Part shown: in pieces, positions 9,755 to 19,270 of the stretch
How the letters are laid out: each line of letters starts with the position of its first letter
Position numbering within the stretch: position 1 is the stretch's first letter
Assembly (NCBI GenBank): GCA_965208575.1
Contig: CBDBOV010000006.1
Coordinates: forward strand, 480,001-544,000
Origin: Spirochaetia bacterium
GTDB lineage: Bacteria > Spirochaetota > Spirochaetia > SZUA-6 > Bin103
Length of the DNA: 64,000 nucleotides
Direction: 5' to 3'
Translations under genes and position numbers: made by a program
The notes under the pieces: model-generated
Databases searched by the model: none
What the model was told of the DNA's origin: nothing
Seen by the model: the letters and a program-made list of their open reading frames with translations, nothing else

Positions 9755-11029
9755 ATGGGGTTGAAGATGAGTTCAAGGCGAGAGCTCACCGAGCAGCACG
9801 CGCAGCGGTATCGTCGGGCGGGCAAGAAGGAGAAGGGGCGCATACTCGACGAGTTCGTCGAGTCGACCGGGTACCAGCGCAAGTACGCGATCCATCTGTT
9901 GACCTGGTGGGGACGGACCCGCATGGTGCGAGTCGACGGCACACTGGTGAAGCTGGTGGTCGGGCGTCCGCGGCCTGCCCAGCGCCGCGTGCGACCGCGG
10001 CGCTACGACCAGGAGGTGCTGGTCGCTCTGAAGCTGATCTGGTACGTGTTCGACTGCATGTGCGGCAAGCGCCTGGTGGTCGTGCTGCGCACCATGCTGC
10101 CGACGCTGGAGTCGTTCGGCGAGATCGAGCTGACCGCAGCGGTGCGCGGCAAGCTGCAGACCATCAGCGCCGCGACCATCGACCGGCTGCTGCAGCAGGA
10201 GCGCGCACGGCTGCGCCTGAAGGGTCGCACGCACACCAAGCCGGGCACCCTCCTGAAGGATCAGATCGCGATCCGAACCTTCGCTGACTGGGACGAGCAG
10301 GAGCCGGGCTTCTTCGAGATCGACTTGGTGGGCCATGAAGGCGGCAACGCGTCAGGCGACTTCTGCCACACGCTCACCATCACCGACGTTGACACCGGCT
10401 GGGTCGACCTGTACGGCGTGCAGAACAAGGCGCAGCGCTGGACCCACGAGGCGATCGACGCTGCCCGGCAGAGCCTGCCGATCGTGATGCGGGGGATCGA
10501 CACCGACAACGGCAGCGAGTTCATCAATCATCATTTGCTGCGCTATTGCGAAGCGCACGGCATCACGTTCACTCGGGGTCGCCCGCATCGCAAGAACGAC
10601 ACCTGCTACGTCGAGCAGAAGAATGGCCACGTGGTGCGACGGGCGGTCGGCCACCTGCGTTACGACACCGACCGGGAACTGGCTGCCCTCAACGCGATAT
10701 ACCGCCCGCTGTGCCTGCTGGTGAACTTCTTCTATCCCTCGGTGAAGCTGGTGAAGAAAACCCGCACCGGCAGCAAGGTGCGCCGCATCTATGACGACCC
10801 GCAGACGCCGTATCACCGCATGCTGGCCTCCGAGTCGGTGAGCGAGAAGGTGAAGAACCGCCTCAAGCAGCAGTACGCGACGTTGAATCCGGTCGCCCTC
10901 AAGCGCGAGCTGACCAGGTTGACCGAGGATCTGCTGCAGCTGAACGTCAGCAAGACCGCCAAGGCCGCACCAAGCACGGTGCAAACACCGAGCGAGGAGC
11001 GTGGTGGCAGCGGTCGCACGGCAAAATGA
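9755..11029 (+). CDS. DDE-type integrase/transposase (rve core)
   Basis: EIDLVGH, IDTDNGSEF, YVEQKN catalytic motifs; N-terminal KGRILDEF. Confidence 0.9.
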   Translation: MGLKMSSRRELTEQHAQRYRRAGKKEKGRILDEFVESTGYQRKYAIHLLTWWGRTRMVRVDGTLVKLVVGRPRPAQRRVRPRRYDQEVLVALKLIWYVFDCMCGKRLVVVLRTMLPTLESFGEIELTAAVRGKLQTISAATIDRLLQQERARLRLKGRTHTKPGTLLKDQIAIRTFADWDEQEPGFFEIDLVGHEGGNASGDFCHTLTITDVDTGWVDLYGVQNKAQRWTHEAIDAARQSLPIVMRGIDTDNGSEFINHHLLRYCEAHGITFTRGRPHRKNDTCYVEQKNGHVVRRAVGHLRYDTDRELAALNAIYRPLCLLVNFFYPSVKLVKKTRTGSKVRRIYDDPQTPYHRMLASESVSEKVKNRLKQQYATLNPVALKRELTRLTEDLLQLNVSKTAKAAPSTVQTPSEERGGSGRTAK

Positions 11030-11089
11030 CCCTCTCAGGCGGGTCTGACGGTCGATAATCGGAGAATGGGCGGTCAGCGATGAGAAAAC

Positions 11090-11153
11090 GTCGCCTCAGC
11101 CGCGCTGTAAGGCCCCTCCACGACACGAGGTGGTGTCTGGATACCCCCGTGTC
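11090..11153 (+). repeat. 64-bp imperfect direct repeat, copy 1
   Basis: GTCGCCTCAGCCGCGCTGTAAGGCC...CGACACGAGGTGGTGTCTGGA...GTGTC repeated at 13062-13125. Confidence 0.85.
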
Positions 11154-11171
11154 TATGCATAACCATGCAAT

Positions 11172-12845
11172 TCAGTGCAACTTTATCCGCGACCGTAAGC
11201 CGGGTGGCGGAGTCCCGGTGCCGTCCCTGCAGTGCCTCGGCGAGGCGATTGCGGACCGCTGCCAGCCGGCTGCGTACCCGCCTGATGCTCTTTTCCAGGG
11301 CCCGGCGCACCGGTTCACGACCCGTGCGTCGGGCTCCGGCGGCGCAAGGTCATGGCTCGGCAGCGCGTCAAGGTTGAACTGCTCGCGCAGGTACTTGAAG
11401 AAGTTCTCCTGCGACCAGCGCGAGAACATGGCGCCGGCGACCTGCGCCAACGGCATCTGCGGGTGCGTGGTGATCACCGCCACCTGACGACCGTTGGCCA
11501 GACGCCGCCGGATCTGGCGCACCACCAGCCCGTTGCGCAGCATGATCGGCTGCTCGGCCAGATCAACCGCAGTCGTGCTGGTGCCGGCGGGACCATGGAT
11601 CGGTACCTCGAAGGTGTGGAAGTCTTCCGGCAGCCAGTCCGCGCCGTTGAAGTTCTTGTGCCAGGTGATGCAGGCGATGCCACGCCGGGCCAGGCGCTTG
11701 AACAGGTCCGGGCTCCAGCCCTCGCGGTCGAACACCAGGGTCAGCTGCGGGGTACCGGCCGGTGCTCCGGTCAGGTCGGGGGCCGCTTCGGTCACCACCC
11801 CCAGGTGCTGCAACTGCGGCACCACGTCGTGCTTGATCGCATTCACCGGCTTCGGGTCCAGCGCCTTGTGCAGGCACAGCAGCGGTGCGCCGCCGAGGGC
11901 GTTGATCCAGTAGCTCACCGACGCCGGCAGACACAGCTTCTGGCGTGCGACGAAGTGTTTCGGCAACCGCCCGTTGCGCCCGGTGTACACCTTCACGTGG
12001 CCATCCACGGCCAGCGTCGTCCAGTCGTCGTCGTGCTCGCTGGCCCAGGTACGCGCCAGTACCGATTGCCAATCGCGCACGGTGTGCTCGGCGCTGGCCA
12101 GCAGCCTGATCTTGCGGCGCAGCGTCTTGGTCTCCGGACAGCGGTCGAGGCCGAGGATGGCGCCCCACTCGCCGGGTGCCTGGTAGCGCAGGCTCTCGGG
12201 GTTGCGCACCCGGGCCAGGGTCATGCAGGCGACGAACAGGAGGATGGTGGTCAGGCCGTAGAATCCGGCCGGCAGGCGGAACAGGCGGTTGGCGGCGGTG
12301 AGCAGGCCCTCGCGCAGCAGCATCGCCAGTGCGGCCAGCACGCCGCCGCCAGCGACCGCGTGGGCGGGCTCGACGAACGCTGGTGTGGCCTCGGTCAGCA
12401 GGCCGGCTCTGGCGAGCGTGCGGCGTTCCACGTCGCGCGCCGCGCGGCCCATGGGCGCGTGCTTGTCGCGGGCGTCGCGGCTGGCGCGCTCAGTGGCGAC
12501 CGCCGGGTCGCTGACCGCGGCGGCGGTGCTGACCGGGTGATCAGTGGTGGTGGCCGCCGGCGCAACCTCGGCGCTGGCGGCGGGCTCCCGGGTGGGATCT
12601 GTGATGACGCCGGCGCGGCGGTTCTCGTTGAAGGTGCTCACCGGGATGCCGAGTTCGCGAGCGCAGGCTGAGCCGCTCATCCCGGAAGCGAGCAGCTTGG
12701 CTGCCTGGTCCGCCATCTCGGCGTCGTCCACGGTGGCCTCCACGGCACCGCGCCGGCTGACTCCGGTCGGGCTACGCCCTCCGTCCGTCAGCGGGGTACA
12801 GCATCTCCTCCGCCCCGTTCGATCCCGACGGCTCCGGTGTCGCAA
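11172..12845 (-). pseudogene. Putative DDE transposase, frameshifted/truncated at C terminus
   Basis: VDGHVKVY, VFDREGWS, MFSRWSQENFFKY motifs; coiled-coil continuation RRALEKSIRRVRSRL lies in another frame. Confidence 0.7.
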
Positions 12846-13061
12846 CCTCGTCGCCTACCCCGTCCCGGCGGTGGGGAATTGTCATGACCCTGCCCCGGGC
12901 AACGCACCTCGGTGCAGTTGTCCGGGGCGCCTCGCTCCGTGCGCTCCGCAGCAACCTGCGCGCCGATCGCGGCGTGGGCGGCATCACCCGGCTCGGCAAA
13001 TGACTTCTGAGCGTCTCTGACGCCCGTATATCCGTGAGCCAGACGGTCGGCGTCAAGAAAT

Positions 13062-13125
13062 GTCGCCTCAGCCGCGCTGTAAGGCCTCTCCGCGACACGA
13101 GGTGGTGTCTGGACATCCCCGTGTC
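13062..13125 (+). repeat. 64-bp imperfect direct repeat, copy 2
   Basis: Matches 11090-11153. Confidence 0.85.
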
Positions 13126-13489
13126 ACCAGCACCGAAGTCGCCTCCAGACCCGTCCGCCCCCTCTTCGGTCAGCGACACGACACGGCACCGACCACCTCC
13201 CTGCCGTTGACGCCTCCTCATCCGCGCCGACCAACCAGATACGCCCCCGGTCGCGTTGGTGTGCTTGAATCAACCCGGCCGGTCGCCCAGCAGCCTATCC
13301 ACTTATCCACAATTTATGAGTCTCCCCCCTCGCGCTCCCCCCTCGTTCTCCGCCTCCCTTTCGGTTAGATTCTTACGTGAGGCACGCTCACCGTAAGGTT
13401 AGATTTTTACGTGAGGCAATAGGGCCGCGGAAGTGGAGCGTGCGGTCGCGAGCGGATATGCGCTGGAGAACTGCTTTGGCGTGGCCGGG

Positions 13490-14352
13490 CTACGAGCCGG
13501 AGCGATCCATGCGCGCAAGGAACTCGGCAATCGTGGCGCAGTCCACGATCCACTCTCCGGTTTCGGCGAGACGATCCGCGTCCGTCACTTCAGCAAGCAC
13601 CGTCGCCAGCCGCTCCGCCGCCGCCGGGCCGAACCGCCGCTCCGCCAAGCGGCGCAACAACGCCTTCTCCCGCTCGATACCCTGCTCGATACCCTGCTCG
13701 ATACCCTGCTCGATACCCTGCTCGATACCCTGCTCGATACCCCGCTCGATGCCCCGCTCGATGCCCCGCTCGATGCCCTGCTCGATGCCCTGCTCGATGC
13801 CCTGCTCCAGGATTTCCGCTCCCCAGCGATCAATCTTTTCCGCCAACACTGCACTTGCCTCCTCGTACTCGCGGATCGATGGCAACTCCACGCCCCACTT
13901 CCGCCCCAGGGCGCCGAGCCACAGGTCAAAGGTCCTCGTCAGCCCCGGCTCGCCTGCCTCGGCGAGCCATTCACCCAACTCCCGCACCCGCTCCGGCAGA
14001 GCCCCGACCTGCACGCTCTGCTCCACTTCCGCCACCCACCGTAGCAGGTTCGTCCGTGGCAGATCATCCCCTCTCACCGCCGCCAGATCAAGCACCTCGT
14101 AGCTCAGCGCCAGATGCGCGGCACCGTCCTGCTCCGTCCGCTCCACCAGCCCGGCGAGCGTTACCGGCGCGTCCCACCGTCTATCACCATTGTACACGAC
14201 CACGTGCAACACCGGGTCCGCCGTGTCGCTCTTGCTCCACTTGGTGCGGTCATGGTACAGCCGCTGGTACAGCAGGCTCGTGTAGTTCAGGAACCGCAAC
14301 GGCATCGAGTAGTCCACGCTCGACTGATGCTCGATCACCACGTGCAGCGTGT
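13490..14352 (-). pseudogene. Rpn/YhgA-like PD-(D/E)XK nuclease, 3' part (split by transposon)
   Basis: VIEHQSSVDYSMPLRFLNY...EQGI repeats; near-identical to intact copy 27279-28301. Confidence 0.88.
13670..13809 (-). repeat. 12-bp coding tandem repeat (E[QR]GI, ~11 units)
   Basis: CCCTGCTCGATA-type units. Confidence 0.9.
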
Positions 14353-14508
14353 TGTCGGCTCTCAGATTGATCTGAGCGGAATGGGGGCGGACGTCTCACG
14401 ATCGACTGGAGTGGAGGACGGGAGAGTCGAGGTAAACTGACCAGAAAAACAGGGTAGCTGCCCCAGGTGATGAGAACCGGACAGCTACCCTGAACTAAGG
14501 ACAGCCGA

Positions 14509-15120
14509 TTGGTACTCCATCTGGCGGTTGATTTCAAGAGACTTCAGGAACAGGGCAAGGAGTATCGGTGGCCGCGGCCGGAGCGCTGCCTGGAGTGCGG
14601 TCGGAGGCGGCCGTGGGGCCATGGCTATGTCGGACGGTGCTTCGATGGCTGCGGCGAGCCGCTGTGGATGAAGCGCTACCGGTGTCCGGACTGCGGGACC
14701 GTGTACACGCTGCGACCGGACAGCCACTACCGCGGGTTCTGGGCGCCGTGGCGAGTGATTCTGGTAGCCCTGCTGGGCAAGCTGAAGGGTGGTCGCTGGA
14801 TCGCGCGGGTGAGCCGACAGCGGCAGCAGTACTGGCGCCAGGGGTTGCGCCGGCAGTTGTTGCTGGAGGGGGTGACCGCGGTGAGCCGGCCGGGCCAGGT
14901 TGCGGCCAGTGCGCTGAAGGCGCTGGTGGTGCGGTTGATCATCGTCAGTACGCATTCGGTGAGCTACCGCCAGATACGGCGAGTGGATGCCGCCCCCGAG
15001 TTGGTGCTGGCGGTGCCGGTGGTGGGCTTTGCGGGACACCTTGATGGCGTCGGGAGCACAGCAGACAGCGCCCTGAAGGAGCCAGGGAATGAGCCGACAC
15101 CCAGTCACGGGGCACGATGA
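14509..15120 (+). CDS. Transposon-associated CxxC protein (DUF6431-like)
   Basis: RCLECG...HGYVGR...RYRCPDCG...LRP; first gene of the element. Confidence 0.7.
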   Translation: MVLHLAVDFKRLQEQGKEYRWPRPERCLECGRRRPWGHGYVGRCFDGCGEPLWMKRYRCPDCGTVYTLRPDSHYRGFWAPWRVILVALLGKLKGGRWIARVSRQRQQYWRQGLRRQLLLEGVTAVSRPGQVAASALKALVVRLIIVSTHSVSYRQIRRVDAAPELVLAVPVVGFAGHLDGVGSTADSALKEPGNEPTPSHGAR

Positions 15121-15401
15121 GCACGGTGCTGGTCGCGGGGTGCCGGCTCAGACCGGGCAAGTGGCTGGTGAGCAGTGCAGGAGGACGCCGCCGCGGTGCT
15201 GGCGAGCGCCTTTGGCGCTTGGGTGGCTGTCCGGGCGACGCTGCGGGCAGGGCGCTGGTGGCGCGGCTGATCATGATCGGAGCGGAGAAAATAACGCGAA
15301 CTGGCGCCTGGGTGACCCCAAGCCTACCGGATCTTTGCGGTGATCGGCGAACCAATGGGGAGCAAATTGATGCCACCAACACCCCAGGAGGTTCCTCGAT
15401 C

Positions 15402-16718
15402 ATGGAGGAAGAGAAGAAAAAGCGGATCGCGTTGTTCCGGTTCGGTGTGATCGCCGGCCTGATCGGGTATGCGAAGCTCGACCAGGGCAAGCGCGAGGCG
15501 CGCATCAAGGACCTGGCGGAGCAGGAATGGAAGATCCCATTCTCGCTGCGCAGTTCGATCAGCCGGTCGACGATCCGCGACTGGCTGCGGCGTTACGAGC
15601 ACAGCGGCAAGAAACTGGAGAGCCTGTTCCCGAAGGACCGCGCGGACGCCGGCGTGGGGCGCAGCATCGATCCCGAGACCGAGTTGGCACTGGTCAATCT
15701 CCGGCGTGAACTGGCACAGGCGTCGTTGTCAGTGGTGCTGCAGGTGGCGCGCCGCCGCAATCTCCTGCCGCCCGACTTCGCAGCCTCACGGCAAAGCATC
15801 TACCGATTGTTCCGGCGCCATGGTCTGCACCGGCAGCGGCCCGCGACGCAGGACCGGCGGCGCTTCGAAGCGGAACTGCCGAACGACTTGTGGCAAGCGG
15901 ATTGCATGCACGGCCCGCGCGTGAAAAGCGACGGCAAGCTGCGCAAGACGTTTCTGTTCGCCTGCATCGATGATCACTCGCGGCTCATCACCGGCGCCCG
16001 CTTCTATCTGCGTGAAAACATCGACTGTTTCCAGGACTGCCTGCTGCGGGCGCTCGAAACGCGCGGTCTGCCACGCAAACTGTATGTCGATAACGGCCCC
16101 AGCTTTCGCTCCCAACGACTCAGTTACGCCTGTGCATCGCTGGGCATAGCGCTCCTCTTCGCGACCCCATACACGCCCCAGGGAAAGGGTAAAATCGAGC
16201 GCTATTTCCGCACCATACGCACCCAGATGCTGCCTCTGGTCAGCGATCACGATACCCTCGAGCAGCTCAACGCCCAGCTTGCCGAGTGGCTCGACCACAG
16301 CTACCATCAGCGGCTTCACTCCAGCACCGGGGAGCAGCCCCTGCAGCGCTATCTGCGCCACCTGGAACTGCTGCGGCCTGCGCCCCAGAATGTGCGTGAC
16401 CACTTCCGCACCATGGTGCGCCGCAAGGTCGACAAGGATCGTGCCGTCGCCCTCTACGGCAAGCTCTACGAAGCGCCGGTGGGGCTCATCGGGAACACCG
16501 TCAACCTGCTCTATCATGAGGCTGATCCGTCCCGCATCGAGGTGTTCTTCGAAGATCGCTCTTACGGCTTCCTCAGTGAGTTGAACCCCCACGTCAACAG
16601 CCGCGTGCGCCGCATCAGCGGCCATGAGACCGAGCTCGAGCCGGCGCCGGAGCCGCCCGCTGATGACCCCCAGCCCGGCCCCCGCGGCGGCCAGCTGTTC
16701 GAGGAGTCCGACCGATGA
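15402..16718 (+). CDS. DDE transposase/integrase (IS481/Mu/TnsB-like)
   Basis: AGGAGG RBS, MEEEKKKRIALFRF; WQADCMHG, IDDHSR, YVDNG, GKGKIERYF. Confidence 0.92.
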   Translation: MEEEKKKRIALFRFGVIAGLIGYAKLDQGKREARIKDLAEQEWKIPFSLRSSISRSTIRDWLRRYEHSGKKLESLFPKDRADAGVGRSIDPETELALVNLRRELAQASLSVVLQVARRRNLLPPDFAASRQSIYRLFRRHGLHRQRPATQDRRRFEAELPNDLWQADCMHGPRVKSDGKLRKTFLFACIDDHSRLITGARFYLRENIDCFQDCLLRALETRGLPRKLYVDNGPSFRSQRLSYACASLGIALLFATPYTPQGKGKIERYFRTIRTQMLPLVSDHDTLEQLNAQLAEWLDHSYHQRLHSSTGEQPLQRYLRHLELLRPAPQNVRDHFRTMVRRKVDKDRAVALYGKLYEAPVGLIGNTVNLLYHEADPSRIEVFFEDRSYGFLSELNPHVNSRVRRISGHETELEPAPEPPADDPQPGPRGGQLFEESDR

Positions 16719-17545
16719 TCGACCTCAGACATGCCTTCGGTTTCCAACGCGATCCGTTCCCCCAGGACGTCCCGATCAACGGTCTGTACCCGATCCCGGG
16801 CCTGAAAGCGCTCACCGAGCGCTTTCAGTATGCCCTCGGGCTCGGCCTCATCACCGTCATCACCGGCGAGGTGGGAGCGGGAAAATCCACTTCCCTGCGC
16901 CATGTCACGAGCACCCTGCACCCCGCCGAATACCGTCTCCTGGCGGTCATCGCCACCACCGGCACGCTGCTCGACCTGCTGCGCCAGATCTGCCTGGAGA
17001 TGGGCACCCCCCCGCGCTCCTCACTGGCCGTCCTCAGCCGCACCGTGCGCGACCTGCTGACCGACATCAGGCGCAAGAAGCAGACCCCGTTGCTGGTCGT
17101 CGACGAGGCACATCTGCTCCGCTTCGAGGTGTTCGCACAGCTCCACACTCTCACTCAGTTCGCCTTCGATTCGCAGACCTTGATGCCGATGGTGCTGGCC
17201 GGCCAGAGCAGCCTGCTTGACCGCCTGTTGTTCCATACCTCGCGCCCGCTCGCCTCACGGGTCGTGGGCCGCAGCCACCTCGATGCTCTCTCCCTTGATG
17301 ACATGCGCGGCTACCTCGACCACCATCTGCAGCTCGCCGCCGGGCGGGACACCCAGTCCGCCACAGCGCGGCGCAGCGCCGACCTGCTCAGCGACGAAGC
17401 CGCCGTCGCCATCCATCAGGGCTCCGGCGGGCTCCTGCGGCGCGCCAATCATCTCGCCCGCGGCGCCCTCATGGCGGCCGCTCGCGAGCATTGCTCGGTG
17501 GTCGCCGCCGAGCATGTCCGGCTCGCTGCCACCGAGATTCTGTAG
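16715..17545 (+). CDS. ExeA/TnsC-like AAA ATPase
   Basis: Walker A GEVGAGKS, Walker B LVVDEAH, LAGQ; ATGA overlap with transposase. Confidence 0.9.
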   Translation: MIDLRHAFGFQRDPFPQDVPINGLYPIPGLKALTERFQYALGLGLITVITGEVGAGKSTSLRHVTSTLHPAEYRLLAVIATTGTLLDLLRQICLEMGTPPRSSLAVLSRTVRDLLTDIRRKKQTPLLVVDEAHLLRFEVFAQLHTLTQFAFDSQTLMPMVLAGQSSLLDRLLFHTSRPLASRVVGRSHLDALSLDDMRGYLDHHLQLAAGRDTQSATARRSADLLSDEAAVAIHQGSGGLLRRANHLARGALMAAAREHCSVVAAEHVRLAATEIL

Positions 17546-17554
17546 GTCGGTTCC

Positions 17555-17869
17555 GTGATCAACGTCGCTATCAGAAAAATCGCCGGCAGCGACCGCGAAT
17601 ACTTCGCCTACGCCAGGACGTTCGCCGGTCGCGCCACCTACTTCGTGTATTTCCGTGATGACATCTGGGGCGCCATGGTGCTGCACAACTTCACCGACAT
17701 GCTGCGCGCCGTGTTCCAGAACTCACCCGTCAAGCTGACTCTCGTCGAACAGGAACTCTCTCTCAAACATCCTGCCGTTCTCGGCTTCCTGAGACAATCT
17801 CCTGAGGACCCCTCAGCACCACCGACAGGAGATCTCGCCCGCGGCCACCGGCAACCCGGTGCAGAATAA
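17555..17869 (+). CDS. Hypothetical protein, last ORF of transposon
   Basis: 104-aa ORF with protein-like composition directly after ATPase. Confidence 0.6.
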   Translation: MINVAIRKIAGSDREYFAYARTFAGRATYFVYFRDDIWGAMVLHNFTDMLRAVFQNSPVKLTLVEQELSLKHPAVLGFLRQSPEDPSAPPTGDLARGHRQPGAE

Positions 17870-17923
17870 TATGGTGTCCAGATTACCGTGCGAAAAAACA
17901 GCAGAATTACGTGAGACCCAACA

Positions 17924-18148
17924 CGTGTGCACGCCGCCGCGCCCGTCGCGCCGGTCGATCGACCACACCACGTCACCGAGCCGCCGCCGCAACTCGTCGG
18001 TGACGTTCTCGGTGGGGCCTTCGCGCAGGGTGTCGAAGTCGAACGCGCCGGCCCATCCCGACGGCCGCTGCGGGGCGATGAACCCGATGAGCAAGTCCTT
18101 GACGATGCGTTGGTGTGTGAGCAGGCGTTTGTACGCGGGGTCGTCCAT
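17924..18148 (-). pseudogene. Rpn nuclease 5' part (split by transposon)
   Basis: MDDPAYKRLLTHQRIVKDLL...RRRLGDVVWSI. Confidence 0.88.
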
Positions 18149-18363
18149 GATTCTCTGCCGGTGGCCGCACCATCGCAACGACGCCGCGCCATTCGGCGGG
18201 GGATTCTAACCTGACGACCTGCGGGGCGGTAGCGCGTCGCGTGAGGTGCGTGAGGTGATGGTTGTCGGGGCGTTGACGATGGCGAACGCGACCGTATCCG
18301 CGCAGACAGGGCAGCCGATTGTCGGAAAACACATTCGTGAGCCAAGTGTCCGGCGGGCCGGAT

Positions 18364-19136
18364 TCAGTGCGATCGTTCCAGCTTCTGCAGTCCTACCAGC
18401 GTCACCACTGGGATCAGCGCGTTCTTGATCACGTGGCGCAGGATCACCAGCCGCTCGCGCAGGCCCTTGGCCCAGGCGGTGCGAATGTAGTCCTGCCGCA
18501 GCACCTCCAGCATCATGGTGCGGGTCATGCGCATGGTGCTGGCTGCCAGGTAGGTGCCCAGGATCAGGCCCGGCACGATGAACATGCTCAAGTGGCGCAC
18601 CGGGTCGTCGCTCAGCCGCAACGGCGGCGACCACGCCCACCAGATGGCCGGAAACACCAGGATGATGGTGGCCAGCCAGAAGTTGGGCGTGGCCAGTCCA
18701 AAGATGGCGAAGGAGCGCCCCACGTAGTCTCCCACCGTGTCCTGCCGCACCGCCGAGTAGATGCCGATCGGCACCCCGATCAGGAGCCCCAAGATCACCG
18801 CCACCAAGCCCAATTCGATGGTGGCCGGAGCCGGCCGGCGATCAGCTCGCCGACCGGCTCCGGCCGCAGCATCGGCGTGCCCAGATCGCCGCGCAGCAGC
18901 AGGATGCCGCCCATCCAGCGGCCGTACTGCACGTGTACGGGCACATCCAGCCCCAGCCGCCGCTCCAGCTCCGGGCGGTCGATTCCGCTACCGCCACCTG
19001 ATGTCATCACCATCCTCGACAGGAGGATGTCGATAGCATCGCCGGGTATGAACCGCACGGACAGGAACACCAGAATCGTCAGCAAGAAGAAGGTGGGAAT
19101 CAGCAGCAGGACGCGGCGGACGACGTACGCTCTCAT
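18364..19136 (-). pseudogene. DppB-like permease, frameshifted and 3'-truncated
   Basis: Two ORF pieces (18795-19136, 18364-18813); ends VGLQ-KLERS by fusion to DppC tail at shared CTGCAG. Confidence 0.88.
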
Positions 19137-19270
19137 GTCGACTCAGATGCCATGTCTCGGTGTTGCTCTGTAGTTCTACTCAGAATGAGCGAGCTGAGGG
19201 GTCGCGCGCATGGAACGCGCACGACCCCCCAGCTCGCTTCTACGGGTCAATTGCCCGCGGGGCGATTGAA

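Larger units (their letters stand above)
9632..13420 (+). mobile_element. rve-integrase (ISNCY-like) element with ~2.3 kb internal cargo
   Basis: Left end ATTGACTCATCGAAAATCTAACC with inner ATGCCTCATCTAAAAATCTAACC; right end two copies of GGTTAGATT(C/T)TTACGTGAGGCA in inverted orientation. Confidence 0.72.
14353..17923 (+). mobile_element. 3.6-kb transposon (zinc-finger ORF + DDE transposase + ExeA-like ATPase + small ORF)
   Basis: Ends TGTCGGCTCTCA / TGAGACCCAACA; 5-bp target duplication CGTGT at 14348-14352 and 17924-17928; empty site visible in rpn paralog near 28071-28090. Confidence 0.92.

Noticed and set aside
15117-15401. N-terminal extension of the transposase in the ORF track
   Set aside because: A clear AGGAGG RBS precedes ATG 15402; the upstream translation is not protein-like
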